Assembly: GCA_965230945.1 (NCBI GenBank) | Contig: OZ246397.1 | Span: 4,692-68,691, forward strand | Direction of reading: 5' to 3' | DNA from: an uncultured Gammaproteobacteria bacterium | Lineage (GTDB): Bacteria > Patescibacteriota > Microgenomatia > PFEM01 > JAPLYW01 | DNA length: 64,000 bases | Shown here: piece by piece, positions 1 to 8,148 of the stretch | Position numbering within the stretch: the stretch's first letter is position 1 | Layout of the letters: every line of letters begins with the position of its first letter | Translations under genes and position numbers: made by a program | The notes under the pieces: generated by a model | The model's database searches: none | Told to the model about the DNA's origin: nothing | Seen by the model: the letters and a program-made list of their open reading frames with translations, nothing else

Positions 1-795
1 GTCACGGCCGTAATTTTAACTATTGGTTTGGCCGTTGCTTCTTATTCGATTACCAATATTAAAATTTCTCGCTATGAGGAGGAATCAGCAAGAGTTTTTT
101 CTGCCGCCGAAGCTGGTATTGAGGAAGCCCTAAAATTAGGGACTGCTCCAGAAAGCGGCATGGTGACTATTGGTGATATTACCGCAGAAGTAACGGAAAC
201 GGTACAAGGTGGAGGGAGTGATTTTGATTTTGCCGGGGGTAAATTTGAATCAGAAGAACTGGCTAATGTTTGGCTGGTTGGTCATACTGATGAGGGTACT
301 TTGGATCCGAGTACTTATTTTCCAGCCAATGGCATTATTGATGTTTGTTGGGGTGATGAAACGACAATTAATGATAATACGCCGGCGATCGAAGTAGCCC
401 TTCTTTATAAAGATGGGGGTGATTTTAAGGTAGCTAGAGGAGCTTTTGACCCAAAGACTGACCGCGGCAATGGTTTTGATGCAGCTGATGAAAGTAGTGG
501 TGGTAATTGTGGTGATTTGGCTTTTTCAGAAGAGATAGATTTATCCTCAGATTTTGGTCTTCCAGGGGGAACAGTTCCTTATAGTTTACGCTTGAGACTT
601 TTTTATAATCCTGATTTACAGCCAATAGCTGTTTCAGCAAATAGTAATTTACCCTTGCAAGGAAAATGCTATGAATCCAAAGCGGTGATTGTTGATTCTG
701 GAGTAAGTCGTAAGGTTCGTCAGTGTCAATTTTATGAATCGCCACCAGGTATTTTTGATTATGTTCTCTTTTCTACAGGAGATTTAGTAAAATAG
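1..795 (+). CDS. PilX-like / minor pilin-type protein, 5'-truncated by window edge
   Basis: Frame is open from base 1 (VTAVILTIGLAVAS..., then AFSAAEAGIEEAL-type motif); directly upstream of pilMNO. Confidence 0.65.
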   Translation, partial: VTAVILTIGLAVASYSITNIKISRYEEESARVFSAAEAGIEEALKLGTAPESGMVTIGDITAEVTETVQGGGSDFDFAGGKFESEELANVWLVGHTDEGTLDPSTYFPANGIIDVCWGDETTINDNTPAIEVALLYKDGGDFKVARGAFDPKTDRGNGFDAADESSGGNCGDLAFSEEIDLSSDFGLPGGTVPYSLRLRLFYNPDLQPIAVSANSNLPLQGKCYESKAVIVDSGVSRKVRQCQFYESPPGIFDYVLFSTGDLVK

Positions 796-812
796 TAAAA
801 AAGACTGCCCAA

Positions 813-1832
813 ATGGATTTTTTTGGTTTAGACATTGGTTCCCATAAAGTCAAAATCGCTCAGGTTCAGAAAACAGGTGAGAATTATCGCCTCACGGCTT
901 TGGGAATTGCTCCTTCTACCCCGAAAGGAGTTTTGTCAGATGCAGAAAGTGATCTTACTCAATTATCAACAGTAATCAAAAAGCTTTATCAGGAAACAAA
1001 GATTAAGACGAAGAATGTAGTTTCTGCCTTGCCTCAAGATCAAGTTTTTACTCAAGTCATCACCTTACCTAAATTATCCGAGGATGAGCTAAATTCAGCT
1101 TTAAAATGGGAGGCAGAACAATACATTCCTATTCCCCTTGCCGAAGTAACCATTTCTCACCAGATAATTGGCAGGGTGAAAGAAAACGCCAAGGAAAAAA
1201 TTGAGGTTTTACTGGCGGCGGCTCCCAATCGCTTGATTGATAAAGTTATAAGAGTTTTAAAAACAGCCGGACTTAATCCTCTCAGCTTAGAAATAGAAAT
1301 TATGGCGGTAGCAAGAAGTTTGATTCTTTCAAGCCCAGAAACAGTTATGGTAGTTGATTTTGGGGCCAAGGCTACTGATATTGCTGTAGTGGAAGACAGG
1401 CAAGTGGTTTTTGTTCGCTCTATGGCCACTGGTGGCGAGGCCTTAACGAGAGCCGTAGCTGCTAATTTAGGCTTAACAGTTGCTCAGGCGGAAGCTTATA
1501 AAAAAGCTTATGGAGCTGATCCAGAAAAGCTTGAAGGAAAGATGCTGGAAGCGATTGTTCCTGTGATTGAGGTAGTTATCAAGGAAATAGAAAAGATACT
1601 TCATTTTTATCAGACAGAAAAGAAAAAGACAATCACACGGGTTATTTTGGCTGGTGGCACTGCTAGCTTGCCTGAGATTTCTTCTTTGCTGGTAAAAAAG
1701 CTAAATTTAGAAATTCAGATTGGCAATCCTTTCTCTCAGATGGCTAAAGAGACTTTACCTAAAAAACTTTCTGCCACTGAAATTCCCTTATATGCTATTG
1801 CTGTTGGGCTAGCCATGAAGGAGATGACATGA
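813..1832 (+). CDS. pilM: Type IV pilus assembly protein PilM
   Basis: FGLDIGS N-terminus, VVDFGA and ILAGGTA actin-fold motifs, AVGLAMK end. Confidence 0.93.
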   Translation: MDFFGLDIGSHKVKIAQVQKTGENYRLTALGIAPSTPKGVLSDAESDLTQLSTVIKKLYQETKIKTKNVVSALPQDQVFTQVITLPKLSEDELNSALKWEAEQYIPIPLAEVTISHQIIGRVKENAKEKIEVLLAAAPNRLIDKVIRVLKTAGLNPLSLEIEIMAVARSLILSSPETVMVVDFGAKATDIAVVEDRQVVFVRSMATGGEALTRAVAANLGLTVAQAEAYKKAYGADPEKLEGKMLEAIVPVIEVVIKEIEKILHFYQTEKKKTITRVILAGGTASLPEISSLLVKKLNLEIQIGNPFSQMAKETLPKKLSATEIPLYAIAVGLAMKEMT

Positions 1833-2374
1833 AACAGGAAATAAACTTTCTTAGTGGTCAGCGAGCCGATATTGATAAAAAGGCAAAGCTTTCTAGGTTG
1901 ATTAAGGTTGGTAGTTTTATTATTCTCATTGCCTATTGTTTAATTATAGGGGCAGTTTTTTCCTATTGGTTTTATTTAGACAATGGAGTTAAAAAGACTG
2001 ATGAGCAGGTTATTATAAAGAAAAATAGGGTTGAGGAATTAAAAGAGGTGGAATCACTTCAGGTCCTTTTAAAACAAAGGCTTTCCTCTTTAAATAAATT
2101 TTTTTCGAGCGATAAAGAATTGGATTTTGTTGCTTTGCTTTCCTATTTTGAAGATCTTCCTGATGGGGTTAAAATAAAAGGGTTTTCACTATCAAGTATT
2201 GGAGGGTTAACAGTTTCTGCTGAATCTGCCAATGTGCTGGTTTTAGGAGAATTTCTAGATAAATTTAAGGGCGATGAAGCAAAATCCTTATTTTCAATGA
2301 TCACCCTTTCTTCTTTAGATAGACAAAAAGACGGCACTTATTTTTTTGTGATTTCTTTAGAACCAAAAGGATAA
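1829..2374 (+). CDS. PilN-like pilus assembly protein
   Basis: EINFL PilM-binding motif, one TM, coiled coil; ATGA overlap with pilM. Confidence 0.75.
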   Translation: MKQEINFLSGQRADIDKKAKLSRLIKVGSFIILIAYCLIIGAVFSYWFYLDNGVKKTDEQVIIKKNRVEELKEVESLQVLLKQRLSSLNKFFSSDKELDFVALLSYFEDLPDGVKIKGFSLSSIGGLTVSAESANVLVLGEFLDKFKGDEAKSLFSMITLSSLDRQKDGTYFFVISLEPKG

Positions 2375-3091
2375 ATGTTTAATTTAAATTTAAAAGAAAA
2401 CAAAGTTTTTTTATGGCCAGCTTTAATATTGTTTTTGATTGTTGTGGCTAGCGTTTTCATTTTAAAACCAAAAGTCAGCGGGATTGCCAAGTCTCGAAGA
2501 GAGCTTCTCGCCGGCAAAAAAACATTGGCTAGTCTGACTCAAAAAGTGGCCGCCTTAGAGGGCTTAGCTGAGGTTGAACTTTCTGAAAAAGTTAACTCTG
2601 TTTTGAAAGTTCTTCCAGTGGAAAAAGATATCCCCAGGAATTTATTTGTTCTAAAAAGATTAGCCTTAGATGCTGGCTTGATTTTTGAGGGAATGACTCT
2701 AGCTGATGTTGGCGAAATATCTACGGCAGCAGCTGAGCCAAAATTAAAAAAGGGAGAAATTTTACCATCTTTGTCTTTTGATATCCTTGTTGTTGGTGAA
2801 AGAGATAAAGTAAAGAATTTTTTAAGTAGTCTAAAGACGACGGCTCCCCTGATGGAAGTTAAAGAATTAGTTATTAGTCAAAAGAAGGAGAATTTGCCAA
2901 AGATAACGATCCTTATTAATTCTTTTTATTTTCCTCTTCCAAAGACTATTGGTAAGCCAGAGAAACCGATTGTGTCAATTATTAGGGCTGAGGAAGAAGT
3001 TTTACTAAAAATTTCAGAATTTAAATCTTTTAAGGATGAAGGTGAGTTTTATTTTGCTACTGGTTTAAAGGATAACCCCTTTGCTTTTTAA
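2375..3091 (+). CDS. PilO-like pilus assembly protein
   Basis: N-terminal TM, coiled coil, C-terminal DNPF; follows pilN. Confidence 0.7.
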   Translation: MFNLNLKENKVFLWPALILFLIVVASVFILKPKVSGIAKSRRELLAGKKTLASLTQKVAALEGLAEVELSEKVNSVLKVLPVEKDIPRNLFVLKRLALDAGLIFEGMTLADVGEISTAAAEPKLKKGEILPSLSFDILVVGERDKVKNFLSSLKTTAPLMEVKELVISQKKENLPKITILINSFYFPLPKTIGKPEKPIVSIIRAEEEVLLKISEFKSFKDEGEFYFATGLKDNPFAF

Positions 3092-3315
3092 GAAACGTCG
3101 ACTCTGACTTTAATTTTTTCCTTAATGGCCCTTATTTTTATTAGTTCTCTTATAGCTTTGATAGTTTTTCCTTCCTTGCCGATGACAACTTTGATATCAT
3201 CAGGGTGAACTTTAAGATTAAAATTGAGCTCATCTCCTTCTTGTTTTTCTTCAATACTGACATCTTTAGGAGAGCTAACAATGGATTTAGTTAGAAATTC
3301 AAGAAGCGCTTTCAT
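3088..3315 (-). CDS. khpA: KH-domain RNA-binding protein KhpA
   Basis: VIGKEGKTIKAIR GxxG motif; downstream of rpsP. Confidence 0.9.
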   Translation of the reverse strand: MKALLEFLTKSIVSSPKDVSIEEKQEGDELNFNLKVHPDDIKVVIGKEGKTIKAIRELIKIRAIKEKIKVRVDVS

Positions 3316-3539
3316 TTTTTAAGTAATTTTTTTACTGCCGGGGTTAATTGGGCCCCTTTCTCGACCCATTTATCAAGCCGCTTTTGGTCAATTTTAACCG
3401 TAGGAGGTCTGGTTTTAGGATCATAAAAACCAATGATATCTAGTGTTTTTCCATTTCTTTTATTTTGTGATTCAATGGCCACAATTCTGTAAGAGGGCCT
3501 TTTTTTAGCGCCAGTTTTATAAAGTCTGATTTTAACCAT
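3312..3539 (-). CDS. rpsP: 30S ribosomal protein S16
   Basis: MVKIRL...PSYRIV...GFYDP...GAQLT. Confidence 0.97.
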   Translation of the reverse strand: MVKIRLYKTGAKKRPSYRIVAIESQNKRNGKTLDIIGFYDPKTRPPTVKIDQKRLDKWVEKGAQLTPAVKKLLKK

Positions 3540-3549
3540 ATTGGATATT

Positions 3550-4245
3550 CTACTTTTTTAGGCTTAATTTTTCAAGAGCTAGTTTGGCAGCATCCTGCTC
3601 GGCTTTTTGCTTGCTTTTGCCTTTACCAGAGGCTAAGAGTTCTCCCTTTTGGGAATAGACATTTAAGGTAAAGATTTTATTATGCTCCAGACCCTCCTCT
3701 TTAATGGTTTTGTAGATTGGCGATTTGCTCTTCTGAGCCTGAAGCTTTTCTTGCAAGAGACTTTTATAGTCTTTAAAATTTCCTAAAGTTATAAATTCCT
3801 TTAAAAGAGGCTTAAAATTTCTTTTAATGAAATTTTCAACTGCCTCAATCCCTTGGTCAATAAAAATAGCTCCAATAATAGCTTCTAAGGCATTAGCCAA
3901 TAAGGTTGGTTTTTGCTGGCCTTTTGATTCTCGCTCGCCCCTGCTTAAGAAAAGATATTCCCCTATGTTAAGATTTTTGGCTACTTTAGCTAAAGTGCCT
4001 GTTTTAACTAGCTTAGAACGGAGATTGGTCATTCTTCCTTCGAGGTAATTGGGAAACTGTTTAAAAATCCAGTCAGAGACCACAAAAGACAAGATGGCAT
4101 CTCCGAAAAATTCAAGTCTTTCATTAGAGGTTATTTGTTTATCTTTAATTTCGTTTAAAAAAGAACGGTGGGTTAAAGCTCTTTTTAAGATTTGTGGGTT
4201 TTTAAATTTAACCTTTAATTTTCTTTCAATATCTTGCAAGTTCAT
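3550..4245 (-). CDS. rnc: Ribonuclease III
   Basis: ALTHRS, NERLEFFGDAIL signature, C-terminal dsRBD. Confidence 0.96.
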   Translation of the reverse strand: MNLQDIERKLKVKFKNPQILKRALTHRSFLNEIKDKQITSNERLEFFGDAILSFVVSDWIFKQFPNYLEGRMTNLRSKLVKTGTLAKVAKNLNIGEYLFLSRGERESKGQQKPTLLANALEAIIGAIFIDQGIEAVENFIKRNFKPLLKEFITLGNFKDYKSLLQEKLQAQKSKSPIYKTIKEEGLEHNKIFTLNVYSQKGELLASGKGKSKQKAEQDAAKLALEKLSLKK

Positions 4246-4610
4246 TTTTTCTTTTTGAGTTTTTTAAAAACGGTTCCCAAAACACCATTGACAAAAGATG
4301 AGGTTTTTTCACTACCATAACTTTTGGAAAGTTCTACAGCCTCGTCAATGATAACTTTTGGTGGCTCTTTACCTTGTATCACTAATTCCCAAATAGCCAG
4401 CCTTAAGATAGCCAAATCAACCTTATTTATTTGTTCAATAGGCCATTCAGGAGCTGCTTCAACGATTATCTTATCGATTTTTTCAAGACAATTAAGAGTT
4501 TTTTTAGCTAGTTTACTTTTGGGTTTATTCCTCTTTTGAAAAGAAAAGGCAAAAAGTTCTTTAATTGCCTTTTCTCTTTTTTTATGTCGTGGATCAAGGG
4601 GCGTCTTCAT
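4242..4610 (-). CDS. nusB: Transcription antitermination factor NusB
   Basis: VDLAILRLA, PPKVIIDEAVELSK, FVNGVLG. Confidence 0.95.
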   Translation of the reverse strand: MKTPLDPRHKKREKAIKELFAFSFQKRNKPKSKLAKKTLNCLEKIDKIIVEAAPEWPIEQINKVDLAILRLAIWELVIQGKEPPKVIIDEAVELSKSYGSEKTSSFVNGVLGTVFKKLKKKK

Positions 4611-4614
4611 TTCT

Positions 4615-4743
4615 TTAATCAGCTTTTTGTTTTAAAAATTCACTTTTCTTTTTATTGATCCTGCGAAGGAACTTTTGCCTGATAGCTGCCCGTCTTTTCC
4701 CTTTTCTTGAGGTGGAATGTTTTCTTTTTGGTTGTGCTGCCAT
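4615..4743 (-). CDS. rpmF: 50S ribosomal protein bL32, 42 aa, no zinc ribbon (not in ORF track)
   Basis: Hand translation MAAQPKRKHSTSRKGKRRAAIRQKFLRRINKKKSEFLKQKAD; L32 N-terminal motif; upstream of nusB-rnc. Confidence 0.85.
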   Translation of the reverse strand: MAAQPKRKHSTSRKGKRRAAIRQKFLRRINKKKSEFLKQKAD

Positions 4744-4744
4744 G

Positions 4745-6784
4745 TTAATTTGGTTTGATGTCTTTAATTGTATCTTTTTTAAGCTTAGCTTTCAAGAGAG
4801 AATACTGATTAATTTTAGGGAAAATGGCGTTGGCTGCGCTTTTAGTTTTTTTAATAAGATTAGTATCAGAGAAAGAGGCTACCTTAAGGTCAAAAAAACC
4901 ATGTTGTGTAACTCCGTAAATTTCTCCAGGTCCTCTTAATTTTAAATCAAGTTCAGCTAGTTCGATACCAATACCTGTTTTCTCTAAAGCCTTTATTCTT
5001 TGCAGTGGTTTACCTCTCATAATTTCGCTAAAAAGCAGGCAATAAGATTCTTTATTGCTTCTGCCAACGCGACCTCTCAGTTGATGGAGTTGCGATAAGC
5101 CAAATCTATCAGCGCCTTCAATAACCATAATAGTTGCCTGGGGGATGTCAATGCCGACTTCTACTACTGGTGTAGAAACTAAGATATCTAATTTACCCTC
5201 TTTAAATTTTTTAATAACAGTATCTTTTTCCTTATTTTTCATTCGGCCATGTAAAAGTCCCAATTTGAGATCAGGGAAAATATCTTTACTAAGTTTTTCG
5301 TATTCTACCTTGGCAGCTTTTACTGCCCGTAGACTTTCTGAAATTTCAATTAAAGGGCAGACAATAAAACACTCTTCCTTAGTTTTTTTGACCTTTTTTC
5401 TCATCCAGTTATAGGCGTCGCTTCTTTTTTGGGGAGGAACGACAAAAGTTTTTATCTTTTTTCTTCCAGGAGGCATTTCATCAATAACCGATAAATTTAG
5501 GTCACCATATAAAGTTAAGGCAATAGTTCTCGGGATAGGGGTGGCCGTCATGGTTAAGATATGGGGTGAGGAGCCTTCTTTTAGATTTTTTTTGATTAAT
5601 TTGGCTCTTTGTTCTACACCAAAGCGATGTTGCTCATCAATAATTACTAAGCCTAAGTTTTCAAATTTTGCTTTTTGATATAAAAGAGCATGGGTTCCTA
5701 CAAAGACATTAACTTTTTGTAAGTTTTTTTTACTCTTTTTTTGGTAACCGCCGGTAACTAATTTAATTTTAACTCCAAAAGGATTAAGGAGTTCTTTTAG
5801 AGTTTGATGGTGTTGCTTGGCTAGGATTTCTGTGGGGGCCATCAAGGCAGATTGAGTTTTATTGAGATCGGCAATATAGATAGCTAGAGCTGCCACTGCC
5901 GTTTTACCACTGCCGACATCTCCTTCCAAGAGCCGATTCATGGGTTTGTTCTTTTTGAGGTCGTTAATAATTTCTTGAGAAGATCGTTCTTGAGCCTTAG
6001 TTAGTTTAAAAGGGAGTCTTTTTATAAATTCACTAATCCCCTTTTTACTAACTGAAAATTTAAAAGCTAGTTTTTCTTTTTGCCATGAATCTTTTCGTTG
6101 AAGAGTTTGCAGATGTAAAAGGAAAAGTTCTTCGAAGGCAAAGCGGTTTTTGGCTTCCTGTGCTTCCTTTAATGTTTTGGGAAAGTGGATTTTTTTTAAA
6201 GCCTGGCTAAATTCTAAGAGCTTATTTTCTTTTCTTACTTTTGGAGGTAAAAAATCTTTAAATTGATCACCAAAATTTTTAACTAACCAGGCAATTCTTG
6301 AGCGAAGCCATCTGGAAGTTAGCTTAGAGGTTTCGTGATAGATGGGAATCAATCTTCCTGTATGAACACTTTCTTGTTGGCTCATAAACCTTTCATATTG
6401 AGGAGAGGTCATTACTAATTGACGGCCAAACCAGTCAGCCTTTCCGGAAAAACGATATTCTTCCCCTGCTTTGATGGTTCTTATTAAAAAGGGTTGATTA
6501 AACCAAATAATCTGGATTTTACCGGTGCCATCATCTATCTGAGCTCTTTGGATTTTTCTACCTCCGCGTAAGTATTGGTTTTTGATGGAGATAACTCTTC
6601 CTTTAATGGTGACTATCTCTCCTGCTTGGATTTTGTTAATTGAGGAGATAAGAGAATAATCAGTGTAGCGAAAAGGAAAATGATATAAAAGATCTTCTAC
6701 TCTTTTGATATCTAGCCTTGCCAACCGTTGAGCATAGGCTCCACCGACCATAAAAAGGTTTTTAACAGGCGTTTTAAGTCTCAT
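4745..6784 (-). CDS. recG: ATP-dependent DNA helicase RecG
   Basis: GDVGSGKT, DEQH, MTATPIPRT, QLRGRVGR, RGPGE. Confidence 0.97.
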   Translation of the reverse strand: MRLKTPVKNLFMVGGAYAQRLARLDIKRVEDLLYHFPFRYTDYSLISSINKIQAGEIVTIKGRVISIKNQYLRGGRKIQRAQIDDGTGKIQIIWFNQPFLIRTIKAGEEYRFSGKADWFGRQLVMTSPQYERFMSQQESVHTGRLIPIYHETSKLTSRWLRSRIAWLVKNFGDQFKDFLPPKVRKENKLLEFSQALKKIHFPKTLKEAQEAKNRFAFEELFLLHLQTLQRKDSWQKEKLAFKFSVSKKGISEFIKRLPFKLTKAQERSSQEIINDLKKNKPMNRLLEGDVGSGKTAVAALAIYIADLNKTQSALMAPTEILAKQHHQTLKELLNPFGVKIKLVTGGYQKKSKKNLQKVNVFVGTHALLYQKAKFENLGLVIIDEQHRFGVEQRAKLIKKNLKEGSSPHILTMTATPIPRTIALTLYGDLNLSVIDEMPPGRKKIKTFVVPPQKRSDAYNWMRKKVKKTKEECFIVCPLIEISESLRAVKAAKVEYEKLSKDIFPDLKLGLLHGRMKNKEKDTVIKKFKEGKLDILVSTPVVEVGIDIPQATIMVIEGADRFGLSQLHQLRGRVGRSNKESYCLLFSEIMRGKPLQRIKALEKTGIGIELAELDLKLRGPGEIYGVTQHGFFDLKVASFSDTNLIKKTKSAANAIFPKINQYSLLKAKLKKDTIKDIKPN

Positions 6785-6790
6785 TTTTAG

Positions 6791-6898
6791 CTAGAACAAA
6801 GAATAAATAAAGGGAAGCATCGAAGTAAGAATAAGTGCTCCCCCGGCAATTATTACTAGAACAAGCCAGAATTTTTTTTGTTTTTTGGTTAAAATCAT
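6791..6898 (-). CDS. 35-aa membrane microprotein (not in ORF track)
   Basis: MILTKKQKKFWLVLVIIAGGALILTSMLPFIYSLF fills the tyrS-recG gap almost exactly. Confidence 0.7.
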   Translation of the reverse strand: MILTKKQKKFWLVLVIIAGGALILTSMLPFIYSLF

Positions 6899-6901
6899 TT
6901 T

Positions 6902-8104
6902 TTAAATTTTTGCTTTACAAATTTTTCCTTTTGAAATTTTTCCGTATTTTATTATTTCTCCACCCTCGATGTTAATTTCTTCTTGGGGATCAGTATATTT
7001 CTTACCGTCAATTACTACGGTTCCACCTAATATTAATCTTTTTATTTCAGAGGCGGTGTAGTCGCCAACCATGGCCGAAACTAAAAAGTTTTTGACAGTG
7101 TATTTCCCGGGGGGTGTTTTCCCTGGAGCATAGGGAATATTTGAAGGCATCTTTTTTTCTTGACTAACTTTTCTGAATTCTTTTTCTGCCTTTTTAGCTT
7201 TTTTTTCTCCATGATAGGTTTTAGTAATTTCAAAGGCGAGTTTCTTTTTTAATGTCATGGGGTCTCTTTTAAGCTCTTTTTCATATTCCTTGATTGTTTT
7301 TAAAGGAACATCTGTACAAAGTTCAAGGTATTCAATAATTAGATCATCTGGGACAGACATAACTTTTCCATACATATTATTGGCTTCTTCTGTTAAAGAA
7401 ATGTAATTTCCTAGACTTTTGCCCATTTTTTGCCCATCAGCTCCCATTAATAAGGGTACGGTTAAAACAAATTTCTCTTTATCTAACTTGGCTTTTACCA
7501 GATCACGACCGATTAACATGTTGAACGTTTGGTCATTGCCGCCTACTTCCATGTCAATCTTCAATACCACCCCGTCATAGGCTTGCATCAAAGGATAAAG
7601 AAATTCACTTAAGGCAATGGGTTTACCTCTTTTCATTCTTTCCTGGTACATATCGCGTTCAATAAATTGTTGAACAGTAAAATGATAGGCTAGGTCGATA
7701 AGTTCAGTAAAAGTAAGTTTATCTAGCCATTGACTGTTAAATTTAATCTGGACAGGATTTTTACCAGAAAAACGTAGAATTTTATTTGCCTGTTCTTTGT
7801 ATGTTTTGGCGTTTTTAATTACTTGCTTTTGAGTTAGTTTTTTCCTTATGTTTAACTTTCCGGCTGGGTCGCCAATGCGGCCGGTAAAATCACCGATAAG
7901 GAGAATGACTTCGTGACCTAGATCTTGAAATTCACGGATTTTTCTTAAAACAAGGGTATGGCCAAGGTGAAGTTTGGGGTCAGAGGGGTCAATACCTAAG
8001 TAAAGTTTTATCTTTTTACCTGATCTTAAGAGTTTTTCTAAGGCTTTTTTAGAGGGATAAATCTTTTCAACTCTTCTGGTTAAAATTTCGTCAATTTTAT
8101 CCAT
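6902..8104 (-). CDS. tyrS: Tyrosine--tRNA ligase
   Basis: HLGH and KMGKS class I motifs, YPLMQAYD, GGNDQ, S4 tail. Confidence 0.97.
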   Translation of the reverse strand: MDKIDEILTRRVEKIYPSKKALEKLLRSGKKIKLYLGIDPSDPKLHLGHTLVLRKIREFQDLGHEVILLIGDFTGRIGDPAGKLNIRKKLTQKQVIKNAKTYKEQANKILRFSGKNPVQIKFNSQWLDKLTFTELIDLAYHFTVQQFIERDMYQERMKRGKPIALSEFLYPLMQAYDGVVLKIDMEVGGNDQTFNMLIGRDLVKAKLDKEKFVLTVPLLMGADGQKMGKSLGNYISLTEEANNMYGKVMSVPDDLIIEYLELCTDVPLKTIKEYEKELKRDPMTLKKKLAFEITKTYHGEKKAKKAEKEFRKVSQEKKMPSNIPYAPGKTPPGKYTVKNFLVSAMVGDYTASEIKRLILGGTVVIDGKKYTDPQEEINIEGGEIIKYGKISKGKICKAKI

Positions 8105-8148
8105 GATTTAACTTTAAATTATAGATTTTTCTATGTTATAATGCAAGG

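Noticed and set aside
4655-4939. 94-aa + strand ORF
   Set aside because: Antisense to rpmF and recG; the same applies to the other short antisense ORFs inside housekeeping genes
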